Positions 1-8,759 of a DNA stretch of 60,810 bases are shown here, in pieces. The translations under genes were made by a program, and so were the position numbers. Each line of letters opens with the position of its first letter. The first letter of the stretch is position 1. The notes beneath the pieces are model-generated. The model saw nothing but the letters and a program-made list of their open reading frames with translations, was not told where the DNA came from and did not search any database. This DNA comes from an uncultured Planctomycetales bacterium (lineage in GTDB: Bacteria; Planctomycetota; SZUA-567; JAFGNG01), in contig CAZOBJ010000006.1 of assembly GCA_964577825.1 (NCBI GenBank), positions 1-60,810 of the forward strand, written 5' to 3'.

Positions 1-1002
1 CGCGGCCCACATCTGCAGGATCGCGTCGCTGAACCCGAACTCGAAGATCCCGCCGGTGATGGTCGGGAACGCAGTCTCGTGCCCCATGTCGATCCGCTGC
101 CAGACCTGCTCGCCCCCCGCATATTCGAGAAGATCGAGTCGACGCGGGTTCTTGGTCGAGAACCGCGCCGCGGCGCGCGTGCCCTTGACCACCAGCGTCC
201 AGGTGTTCGTCTCCCCGGGCGCAATGCGCTGGGTCTTGAGCGTCAACGGAAACGCCTCGCCCGCCCCGTCGTCGGCCTCGCACAACAGGGTCGCGTTGTC
301 CCAGGTCTCGCACGGCACGCGGCCGCCCTTGCCGTCCGGGCGCTCGGTCATGATGTTCGAGAGCACGGCGCGCACGTTCTTCGGCCGCCAGCCCGCGCGG
401 AAGGGCACGTGGCACACGTGCATGCCCAGGTCGCCCATGCACCCGTACGCGCCGTTGGCGGCCAGCATCCGCTTCCAGTTGATCGGCTTGTCCGGGTTGA
501 GGTCCGAGCTGTGCAGGAACGCGCCCTCGGCCTCGATCACTCGGCCGAACGCGCCGGCATCGAGCAGGTCGCCGATGCGCTGCACGGCCGGGAAAAACGG
601 GAACTCGGACGAGCAGCGCACGAACGCGTCGGGGTGCTCGTTCATGCACGCGAGGATCGCGTCGTTGGCCGCCTTGTCGATGCCGAAGGGCTTCTCGCCC
701 ATCAGGTGCTTGCCCGCGGCGATGACCGCGCAGTAGACCTCCTCGTGCAGGTTGTGGGGCAGGGCCACGTACACCGCGTCCAGGCCCTGGTGCGCGACGA
801 GCTCGCGGTAGTCGTTGGTCGCGAGCCCGATGCCCGGGAAGTTGGCGGTGAACCACTCCATGGCCGCGTCGTTCTTGTCGCACACGGCCGCGAGCTCGGG
901 GCGCACGTCCATGTCCTGCAAATGGCACCAGCGCGCGCACGCGCTGGCGAACTCGCGGCCCATGAGTCCGCAGCCGATGACCCCGAAACGGATGGTGCGC
1001 AT
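1..1002 (-). CDS. Gfo/Idh/MocA family NAD(P)-dependent oxidoreductase, 3' end runs off the window
   Basis: Not in the ORF track (no stop in window). My translation from ATG at 1002 (RBS AAGGAG): MRTIRFGVIGCGLMGREF... with a Rossmann GxGxxG motif and the GKHLMGEKP motif typical of the family. Confidence 0.85.
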   Translation of the reverse strand, partial: MRTIRFGVIGCGLMGREFASACARWCHLQDMDVRPELAAVCDKNDAAMEWFTANFPGIGLATNDYRELVAHQGLDAVYVALPHNLHEEVYCAVIAAGKHLMGEKPFGIDKAANDAILACMNEHPDAFVRCSSEFPFFPAVQRIGDLLDAGAFGRVIEAEGAFLHSSDLNPDKPINWKRMLAANGAYGCMGDLGMHVCHVPFRAGWRPKNVRAVLSNIMTERPDGKGGRVPCETWDNATLLCEADDGAGEAFPLTLKTQRIAPGETNTWTLVVKGTRAAARFSTKNPRRLDLLEYAGGEQVWQRIDMGHETAFPTITGGIFEFGFSDAILQMWAA

Positions 1003-1024
1003 GGTCCGCTCCTTTGCTTGCCGT

Positions 1025-2395
1025 CTACGCGTAGCCGAGGTCTCGCTCAGTCTCGCCGATCGCCTCGTCCACGAGGTCCATGCCCAGCTTCGCCTCGTCG
1101 AGGTCCATGACGATGGGCGGGCTCAGTCGCAGGATGTGCCCGGCCGGGATCCACGCCAGCCCCTTGCGGAATGCCTTCTGGTACACCAGGCGGCCCGCCT
1201 CGTCCAGCGGCTCCTTGGTAGCCCGGTCCTTGACGAGCTCGATGCCCAGCAAGCACCCCTTCACCCGGGTGTGCCCGACGATGGGGTGGGCCTGTTGCAT
1301 CTCGGCCAGGCGCTTGGCGAAGTAGTCCTCCAGGCGCTGGGCGTTCTCGAGCAGGCTCTCCTGCTCGATCGTCTCCAGACACGCCAGCCCGGCCGCGCAG
1401 GCCATGGGGTTGCCCCCGTAGCTGGTGGAGGCGCTGATCGCCTCGAAGGCCTCGGCGTACGGCTCGCGCACGCACATGGCGGTGACCGGGAACCCGTTCC
1501 CCAGGCCCTTGCCCAGGGTCACCACGTCCGGCACCACGCCGTAATGTTCCATGGCCAGCCACGCGCCGGTGCGGCCCATGCAGGTGAGCACCTCGTCGGC
1601 GAAGAGCAGGATCCCCAGCTCCTCGCACAGGGCCTTCAGCTTCCGGAAAAAGTCCTCCGGCGGAAACACGCTCCCCGCCCAGCCCTGCATGGGCTCCAGC
1701 ACGAACGCGGCCACCCGGTTCGTGGTGCCCTCGGCCAGGAACTCGCGGTAGAAGTCGATGTACGCGTCAGTGTCGATGGCCCCGTCCGAGGTGGTGAACA
1801 GCGGCCGGTACGGGTCCGGCCTGGGCACCACGTAGAAGCCCTGGGCCCGGCCCGCGCCGTAGCTCTGTTTCATGCGCCCCAGAGAAGCCGCGTGCCCGGT
1901 CTTGCCGTGGAAGTCGCGGTAGCAGCTCACGAACTCAAATCGATCCGTGGCCGCCCGGCAAGCCCGCAGGCCCGCCTCCACGGCCGTGGTGCCCGAGTCG
2001 TATACCTGTACGCCGCCGCCCAGGTCGCCCGGGAGCACGGACTTGAGCTTCTCCAGGAACCGCATCTTGATGGGCGTGGAGAAGTCGTGGCAGTTCATGA
2101 GCGTGCCCGCGTACTCGCGCACCGCCTCGGTGACGCGGGGATGGCAATGGCCCAGGTTGGTGACGTAGATCCCGCTCGAGAAGTCGAGGAAGCAGTTCCC
2201 GTCCGCGTCGCGCAGATGCGTGCCCTGCCCTTCCGCGAACACCACCGGAAAGAGCTTCACCTGTCCGGAGTAGCCCTTCATGATCTGCGCGGTGCGCTCG
2301 TGGATGCGGCGCGACTCGGGCCCGGGAATCTCGTCCGTGACCAGAAGCGGGACCCGCATCTCGCGCAGGTCCGCGCCCGTGTGGGTCTGGGGCAT
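1025..2395 (-). CDS. class III (GabT/ArgD-like) PLP-dependent aminotransferase, 456 aa
   Basis: Start trimmed to ATG 2395 after AAGGAGG. Motifs DFSSGIYVTNLGHCHP, FHGKT, EPMQG, FADEVLTCMGRTG and TLGKGLGNG (PLP lysine). Confidence 0.9.
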   Translation of the reverse strand: MPQTHTGADLREMRVPLLVTDEIPGPESRRIHERTAQIMKGYSGQVKLFPVVFAEGQGTHLRDADGNCFLDFSSGIYVTNLGHCHPRVTEAVREYAGTLMNCHDFSTPIKMRFLEKLKSVLPGDLGGGVQVYDSGTTAVEAGLRACRAATDRFEFVSCYRDFHGKTGHAASLGRMKQSYGAGRAQGFYVVPRPDPYRPLFTTSDGAIDTDAYIDFYREFLAEGTTNRVAAFVLEPMQGWAGSVFPPEDFFRKLKALCEELGILLFADEVLTCMGRTGAWLAMEHYGVVPDVVTLGKGLGNGFPVTAMCVREPYAEAFEAISASTSYGGNPMACAAGLACLETIEQESLLENAQRLEDYFAKRLAEMQQAHPIVGHTRVKGCLLGIELVKDRATKEPLDEAGRLVYQKAFRKGLAWIPAGHILRLSPPIVMDLDEAKLGMDLVDEAIGETERDLGYA

Positions 2396-2466
2396 GTGCT
2401 CGTCCTCCTTGTGTCTGCGTACTGTAGTGTCCGTTCCTTGGCGTCGAGCCAAGCTGCGGGGGTCGA

Positions 2467-3051
2467 TCAGTCCGTGCCATCCGCTTCGTCGTACGGCGCG
2501 CTGGGCCAGGCCTGCGGGGTGTAGGGCCAGTCCAGGGCTTCGCACGCCTTACGCCAGCGCTCGGGCATGTCCGGCGCGAACAGGAACGGCTCGTACCCGA
2601 CGCGCAGGTACGTCTTGACCGCCGGCAGCCGGCCCTCGCCCGTGCTCAGGAAGATCCGGCGGTACCCCGCGCTGATATGGCGCCGCAGCGCCGCGACCGT
2701 GACCGCGCGGCCCAGGTGCTTGCCCCGATGGTCCGGGTGCGCGGCCACCCAGCTGAGCTGTCCGCCGCCCGGATGGCGGCGGCTGGGGGTGTGCGAGGAC
2801 ATGGCCGTGGCCGCAAGCGCGCCCGTGTCCCGATGCTCGGCCAGGAAAAAGCCCTGCGGAAGCTGGTAACTGTACACGATGCCTTCCACCTTCTCCCGGT
2901 CCCATCCCTTGAATCCGGCCGCGGCCATAAGCGCGCAATAGGCCTCCAGGTCCTCGGGGCGATACTGGCGCAGCACATACCCCTCGGCCATGCGCACGGC
3001 GGGGGGCGACGCGAGGCGATTTTCCGGGTAGATCATCTCCAACTGTTCCAT
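2467..3051 (-). CDS. GNAT family N-acetyltransferase, 194 aa
   Basis: Acetyl-CoA binding motif A (VAAHPDHRGKHLG) and AVKTYLRVGY; co-oriented within the operon. Confidence 0.8.
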   Translation of the reverse strand: MEQLEMIYPENRLASPPAVRMAEGYVLRQYRPEDLEAYCALMAAAGFKGWDREKVEGIVYSYQLPQGFFLAEHRDTGALAATAMSSHTPSRRHPGGGQLSWVAAHPDHRGKHLGRAVTVAALRRHISAGYRRIFLSTGEGRLPAVKTYLRVGYEPFLFAPDMPERWRKACEALDWPYTPQAWPSAPYDEADGTD

Positions 3052-3114
3052 CTGTGGTCCGCTCCTCTCTGCCGGGTGGCTGCACGTGCGCCCGCCGCGG
3101 CCCGGCCAAGTGGC

Positions 3115-4314
3115 TCAGCCGGGCGGCTCGCCCCAGTCGGGCACGTCCAGCCGCTCGCCGTCCTTGAGCGCGCTCTGGTGGGCCGTGACGCCTGCGGCCA
3201 TGTACCGCGCCGCCTGCCACACGTTGATGGCCGGCTGGCGCGTGTGCGCGACCGCGTCCACGAACTCGTGCACCAGATACGCGTGCGACCCGCCGTGCCC
3301 GCCGTAGGCTACCGTGCCGTCGGACGTGTCGCGCCAGGCTTCGGCCACGTCCTCGGGCAGGGGGTCGCGCATCTCGTCCATGGTGCACTTCCGGAGCTCC
3401 AGGGGCTTGGCGCTGTCGGCATCGTCTCGGTGGTTCGTCTCCCACCCTCCTTCGCGGTAGCTGCCCTTGGTCCCGTACACGCGGAAGGTCTCGGACATGG
3501 CGCGGGCGACCTCGCGGAACTCGCAAATGCGCATGCTCGCGCCGTTGGCCATCTCGAACAGGGCCACTTCGTTGGAGATGGCGTTGTTGGCGAAGTAGGG
3601 GTCGCCGGTGCGGTTGCGAAACCCATAGCAGGTGGCCTTGGTCGCGGGCACGCCCATCACGCTGATCGGCCCGCTGGTCGAATGCGTGGGATAGTGCATG
3701 GGCCCGCCCTGGCATCCGCGCGCGCGGTACGGCTTCTGCAAGGCCCGCCATTCCTCTCCGGCGCGGCTGGAGAGGCGCGAGGCCTGCACCCTGCGCAGGT
3801 TGCACCCCGCGTCCACGTCGTGGAAGTACTCGCCCTCCGCGTATACGAAGTCGCCGAACGCGCCCTCTGCGGCCTTGTGGCGGCAGAACATGGTCTGCGG
3901 CCGGTAGTAGGTCGTCTCGCCGAGCATATAGTACTGCCCGGTGCGCCGGCAGGTCTCGACCAGCCGGTCCACCCAGCCCAGGATCTCCTGGGAGTCGGGC
4001 ACGGACAGGATGGGCACCGCGCTGTACACGTGCTTGCCCGCCTCCATGGCCTGGACGCACTGGGGCGCGTGCAGCCAGGGCTGGGTCATGACGACAAGCG
4101 CGTCCAGGTCGCTTTCGCAGATCTCGTCCAGGGACGCGTACGCGTCCTTGGGCGCGAACCGCCCCTCAAGGTCCGGATCCTCGGCGAACCGCTGCACCCG
4201 ATCCGGCTCGCGGTCGCACAGCCCGATCCGATCCACGAGCGGATGCCTGGCGAACAGCTTCACGAATCCGCTGCCGAACGCGCCCAGCCCCACCATGCCG
4301 ATGCTGATGCCCAT
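3115..4314 (-). CDS. Gfo/Idh/MocA family oxidoreductase, 399 aa
   Basis: Start trimmed to ATG 4314 (RBS GGAGAG). MGISIGMVGLGAFG Rossmann motif; GKHVYSAVP occupies the usual EKP position; C-terminal HGGSH. Confidence 0.85.
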   Translation of the reverse strand: MGISIGMVGLGAFGSGFVKLFARHPLVDRIGLCDREPDRVQRFAEDPDLEGRFAPKDAYASLDEICESDLDALVVMTQPWLHAPQCVQAMEAGKHVYSAVPILSVPDSQEILGWVDRLVETCRRTGQYYMLGETTYYRPQTMFCRHKAAEGAFGDFVYAEGEYFHDVDAGCNLRRVQASRLSSRAGEEWRALQKPYRARGCQGGPMHYPTHSTSGPISVMGVPATKATCYGFRNRTGDPYFANNAISNEVALFEMANGASMRICEFREVARAMSETFRVYGTKGSYREGGWETNHRDDADSAKPLELRKCTMDEMRDPLPEDVAEAWRDTSDGTVAYGGHGGSHAYLVHEFVDAVAHTRQPAINVWQAARYMAAGVTAHQSALKDGERLDVPDWGEPPG

Positions 4315-4472
4315 GGACCTCTCCTTGCCGTGGGAAAACAGGCGACCGCCCGGAACACGGACGGCCCGCCTGCGACCTTCTACGCGCGCAAGCGCGCCTG
4401 TCAATCGAAAAGCCGCTCCGCGGAGGCGGCGCGCTGCGCGCACGCCCGTTCTTGCGGATCCCCGGAAAAGGC

Positions 4473-4500
4473 TTGCCCTCAGCGCCCGCCTGGATATAAC
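4473..4500 (+). promoter_or_regulatory. putative sigma70-type promoter upstream of trpE
   Basis: TTGCCC-N16-TATAAC. Confidence 0.4.
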
Positions 4501-4670
4501 AGGCCGCGGCGCCGTGTTGTGGGGGCCTCGCGCCCCCGCCTTTGTAGAGCCGGGCGCCGTACAGGGAGGTACCTCGCGCCACGCACCGGCGCCCGCCCGG
4601 CGGCGGCCCTTGGCGCGGCCCCGGTACCCGCACAATGCCTTGTCGTCCATTCGGTTCGAGGCGCGCGACC

Positions 4671-6158
4671 ATGACCGACGCCCCCGCACCGCACGAGTTC
4701 GCCGCACTGGCCGCCCAGGGGAACCTGGTGCCCGTGTATCGCACGCTCATGGCCGACAGCATCACCCCCGTCCTGGCCCTCAGCCGCCTGGGCGAGAGCC
4801 CCTACGCGTTCCTGTACGAGAGCGTGGTCGGCGGCGAGAAGATCGGCCGCTACTCCTTCCTGGGCGCGGACCCGACGCAGGTCTTCCGGGCCACGGACCA
4901 CCAAGTCACGCTCACCGGGTTCGACGGCCCGGGCAGCGTGCGCGAGGAGACCTGCGACCGGCCCCTGGACCGGCTGGAAGAGCTCTTCTCCGAGTACCGG
5001 GGCGTGCACACCCCGGACCTGCCCCGGTTCTGCGGGGGCGCGGTGGGGTATCTGGGCTATGACGTGGTCCGCCAGATCGAGCACCTGCCCAACCCGCCCG
5101 GCCGCGGCCTGGGCCTGCCGGACATCTATGTCGGGTTCTACCGGTCCATGCTCATCTTCGACCACGTCAACCGCACCCTCAAGGTGGTCGCGCACGCGGA
5201 CCTGCGCGAGGCCGACGCGGACACGGCCTACGCCCGCGCCGTGGCGGAGATCGACCGGCTCGTGGACCGTCTGCACGCGCCCGGCGAGATCCCGGTCGAG
5301 TCCGTGCCCCGGTTCCCGGAGGACGACCCGGAATTCGACAGCAACTTTGCCCAGCCGGACTTCGAGCGCGTGGTCGCCGCCTGCCAGGAGTACATCCGCG
5401 CCGGAGACATCTTCCAGGTGGTGCCCAGCCAGCGGCTGCACATGCGCTGCGCGGCCAGCCCCTTCGCGGTGTATCGCGCGCTTCGGACCATCAACCCGAG
5501 CCCGTACATGTTCTACCTCAAGTTCCCGGAGCTGAGCCTCGTGGGCAGCTCCCCGGAGGTCATGGTCCGCCTGGAGGGGCGCAAGATCACCCTGCGGCCC
5601 ATCGCGGGCACGCGGCGGCGCGGGCGCACCCCGCAGGAGGACGAGGCCCTGGCCGCGGAGCTGTTGGCCGACGAGAAGGAGCGCGCCGAGCACGTCATGC
5701 TCGTGGATCTGGGCCGCAACGACGTGGGCCGAGTGAGCGAATACGGGTCCGTGCGCCTGACCGAGCAGATGGTCATCGAGCACTACTCGCACGTCATGCA
5801 CATCGTCACGAACCTGGAGGGACGGCTGCGCGAGGGTCTGAGCGCGTTTCACACCCTGAAGGCGTGCCTGCCCGCGGGCACGGTCTCCGGCGCGCCCAAG
5901 GTGCGGGCCATGGAGATCATCGACGAAATGGAGCCCGACCGCCGCGGCCCGTACGCGGGCGCGGTCGGGTACGTGGACTTCGGCGGGAACATGGACACGT
6001 GCATCGCCATCCGCACGATCTGCATGGTCGGACAGGACGCCTACGTGCAGGCGGGCGGCGGCGTGGTGCTCGACAGCGTGCCCGAGCGCGAGTACCACGA
6101 GACGCGCAGCAAGGCGCGCGCGCTGTTGCAGGCGATCCGCGCGGCCCAGGGCATGTAG
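4671..6158 (+). CDS. trpE: anthranilate synthase component I, 495 aa
   Basis: LYESVVGGEKIGRYSFLG, FQVVPSQR, NPSPYM, SSPE, PIAGTRRRG, EHVMLVDLGRNDVG, SHVMHI, GTVSGAPK, YAGAVG and QAGGGVV. A PabB-type paralogue cannot be fully excluded. Confidence 0.88.
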   Translation: MTDAPAPHEFAALAAQGNLVPVYRTLMADSITPVLALSRLGESPYAFLYESVVGGEKIGRYSFLGADPTQVFRATDHQVTLTGFDGPGSVREETCDRPLDRLEELFSEYRGVHTPDLPRFCGGAVGYLGYDVVRQIEHLPNPPGRGLGLPDIYVGFYRSMLIFDHVNRTLKVVAHADLREADADTAYARAVAEIDRLVDRLHAPGEIPVESVPRFPEDDPEFDSNFAQPDFERVVAACQEYIRAGDIFQVVPSQRLHMRCAASPFAVYRALRTINPSPYMFYLKFPELSLVGSSPEVMVRLEGRKITLRPIAGTRRRGRTPQEDEALAAELLADEKERAEHVMLVDLGRNDVGRVSEYGSVRLTEQMVIEHYSHVMHIVTNLEGRLREGLSAFHTLKACLPAGTVSGAPKVRAMEIIDEMEPDRRGPYAGAVGYVDFGGNMDTCIAIRTICMVGQDAYVQAGGGVVLDSVPEREYHETRSKARALLQAIRAAQGM

Positions 6159-6203
6159 CGGGCGGCGGACAACAAGCACAGAGGACCCTGGAGAGGAGCG
6201 GAC

Positions 6204-8669
6204 ATGCGAAAGACGTACTTGCGCACACTCGCGGCACTGGGCGCATTGGCGGCCACCTTTGGGATGTTCTGCAGCGGCGCGGCGGTCGCGGCCGAGGCGG
6301 GCCCGAGCGCGGAGCGCGCGCTGTTGAACCTGTGGTGGGGCGCGCCCATCGCGGCCCTGCTGGCGCTCGCGGTCGCCTACATCCTCTACCGCAGGATGAT
6401 GCGCGAGGACGAAGGCACCGAGACCATGCGCACCATCGCCCAGCACGTGCGCGAGGGTGCGTATGCGTACCTGTACGCCCAGTACCGGGTGGTCGCGCTC
6501 GTGTTCATCGTGCTGCTGGCCATCCTGGCCGCGCTCGCGTATCTGGGAGTGCAGAACCCGTTCGTGCCCGTGGCGTTCCTGACCGGGGGGTTCTTCTCCG
6601 GGCTGTGCGGGTACCTGGGCATGAAGACCGCGACCCAGGCGAGCGCCCGCACGGCGTACGGCGCCAGCCGCAGCCTGAATGAAGGCCTGCAGGTCGCGTT
6701 CCGCTCCGGCGCGGTGATGGGCCTGGTGGTCGTGGGCTTCGGGCTTCTGGACATCTGCCTGTGGTACCTGGTGCTCGACAACCTGGTCTACACACCCGCG
6801 CACATGACCGAGGGCCTATCCCTTTTGGGCCTGCAGCTCGTGCGCCCCGGCACCACCGAGGCGCACAAGTACGTGGAGATCACCACCACCATGCTCACCT
6901 TCGGCATGGGCGCGTCCACCCAGGCGCTCTTCGCGCGCGTGGGCGGAGGCATCTACACCAAGGCCGCGGACGTGGGCGCGGACCTGGTGGGCAAGATCGA
7001 GGCGGGCATCCCTGAGGACGACCCGCGCAACCCGGCCACCATCGCGGACAACGTGGGCGACAACGTGGGCGACGTGGCCGGCATGGGCGCGGACCTGTAC
7101 GAAAGCTACTGCGGCTCGATCCTGGCCACCGCCGCGCTCGGGGCGGCCTTGGGACGCGGCGTGGGGTTCGTGCTCGCGCCCATGATGGTCGCGGGCATCG
7201 GGATCGTGCTCTCGATCCTGGGCATCTACCTCGTGCGCTGCGAGGAGCAGGCCACCATGAAGGTCCTGCTCAAGGCCCTGGGCCGGGGCGTGTGGGTCTC
7301 CAGCGCCCTGATCGTGGCGGCCGTGGCGGGCCTCGCGGCGGCCGGGATCCTCACCTGGGGCGTGTTCGGGTCCGTGGTGGCCGGGCTCGCCGCGGGTGTG
7401 ATTATCGGCCAGTTCACCGAGCACTACACCTCCGACGAGTTCGCGCCCACCCAGGGCATCGCCGAGCAGGCCAAGTGGGGCCCGGCGACCACGATCATCG
7501 ACGGCCTGGCCGTGGGCATGTTCAGCGCGGGCTGGCCCGTGGTAACCATCGTGGCCGGCATCCTGTGCGCGTTCGGGTTCGCGGGCGGGTTCCACGACTT
7601 CAGCCTGGGGCTCTACGGCGTGGGCTTCGCCGCGGTGGGGCTCTTGGCCACTCTGGGCATCACCCTGGCCACGGACGCGTACGGGCCCATTGCGGACAAC
7701 GCGGGCGGCAATGCCGAGATGTCCGGCCTGGACCCCGAGGTGCGCACGCGCACCGACGCCCTGGATATGCTCGGCAACACCACCGCGGCCACGGGCAAGG
7801 GGTTCGCCATCGGGTCGGCGGCGCTCACGGCCATGGCGCTTTTGGCCGCGTACCTGGAGGAGGTGCGCATCTGGATCGGCAAGCTGGCCCGCGGCGCCAA
7901 CGACGTGTACCAGGTCGGCGACGTGCGGTTCGTAGCCGACCGGGCCCTGGAGGGCATCTACTACGCCGAGGCCTCGGTGTACGACTTCGTGCGCGCCTAC
8001 GACCTGTCGGTCATGAACCCCAAGCTGTTGAGCGGCGTGTTCCTGGGCGCGATGATGGCCTTCGTGTTCTGCGCGATGACCATGAAGGCCGTGGGCCGCG
8101 CCGCGGGCGCCATGGTCGAGGAGGTGCGCCGCCAGTTCCGGGAGGTCCCCGGCATCATGGACCGCACCGCCACGCCCGACTACGCGCGGTGCGTGGCCAT
8201 CAGCACCAAGGGCGCCCAGCGCGAGATGATCCTGCCCAGCTTCCTGGCCATCATCGTGCCGGTGCTCACGGGCGTGGTGCTGGGCGTGGCCGGGGTCACC
8301 GGGCTCCTCGTCGGCGGGCTCACCGCCGGGTTCACGCTCGCGTGCATGCTCAACAACGCGGGCGGGGCCTGGGACAACGCCAAGAAGCACATCGAGAAGC
8401 AGGAGAAGACCTACGCTCCCGAGGACATGGACGGCGACCAGCCCCGCGAGGGCGCCACGCCGCTCACGGGCAAGGGTTCCGATGCGCACGCGGCGGGCGT
8501 GGTCGGCGACACGGTCGGCGACCCGTTCAAGGACACCTCCGGGCCGAGCCTGAACATCCTCATCAAGCTGATGACCATGGTCAGCGTCGTGTTCAGCGGC
8601 GTGGTGGTGGCCTACGGCGACCGCCTGTCGTGGCTCGTGGACCTGATTTCGGGCCTGTTCTCGGACTAG
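6204..8669 (+). CDS. hppA: membrane-bound cation-translocating pyrophosphatase, K+-dependent Na+ or Na+/H+ type, 821 aa
   Basis: [54 protein letters not shown] and [17 protein letters not shown]; many transmembrane segments. Confidence 0.97.
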   Translation: MRKTYLRTLAALGALAATFGMFCSGAAVAAEAGPSAERALLNLWWGAPIAALLALAVAYILYRRMMREDEGTETMRTIAQHVREGAYAYLYAQYRVVALVFIVLLAILAALAYLGVQNPFVPVAFLTGGFFSGLCGYLGMKTATQASARTAYGASRSLNEGLQVAFRSGAVMGLVVVGFGLLDICLWYLVLDNLVYTPAHMTEGLSLLGLQLVRPGTTEAHKYVEITTTMLTFGMGASTQALFARVGGGIYTKAADVGADLVGKIEAGIPEDDPRNPATIADNVGDNVGDVAGMGADLYESYCGSILATAALGAALGRGVGFVLAPMMVAGIGIVLSILGIYLVRCEEQATMKVLLKALGRGVWVSSALIVAAVAGLAAAGILTWGVFGSVVAGLAAGVIIGQFTEHYTSDEFAPTQGIAEQAKWGPATTIIDGLAVGMFSAGWPVVTIVAGILCAFGFAGGFHDFSLGLYGVGFAAVGLLATLGITLATDAYGPIADNAGGNAEMSGLDPEVRTRTDALDMLGNTTAATGKGFAIGSAALTAMALLAAYLEEVRIWIGKLARGANDVYQVGDVRFVADRALEGIYYAEASVYDFVRAYDLSVMNPKLLSGVFLGAMMAFVFCAMTMKAVGRAAGAMVEEVRRQFREVPGIMDRTATPDYARCVAISTKGAQREMILPSFLAIIVPVLTGVVLGVAGVTGLLVGGLTAGFTLACMLNNAGGAWDNAKKHIEKQEKTYAPEDMDGDQPREGATPLTGKGSDAHAAGVVGDTVGDPFKDTSGPSLNILIKLMTMVSVVFSGVVVAYGDRLSWLVDLISGLFSD

Positions 8670-8696
8670 ACGGCCCCCGACCGGCCGCACGGCACA

Positions 8697-8729
8697 CGGG
8701 GCGGCCCGGCGCGGGCCGCCCCGTTTTTT
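8697..8729 (+). terminator. Rho-independent terminator after hppA
   Basis: Perfect 12-bp stem CGGGGCGGCCCG / CGGGCCGCCCCG, 3-nt loop, then TTTTTT. Confidence 0.85.
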
Positions 8730-8759
8730 CGAAGCGCGCAAAAGACCGCGGAGGAGCCT

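Noticed and set aside
4500-4670. Possible trp attenuator (GGGGG-N7-CCCCC hairpin near 4520-4536)
   Set aside because: No leader peptide with tandem Trp codons, the stem is short and the U-tract is poor.
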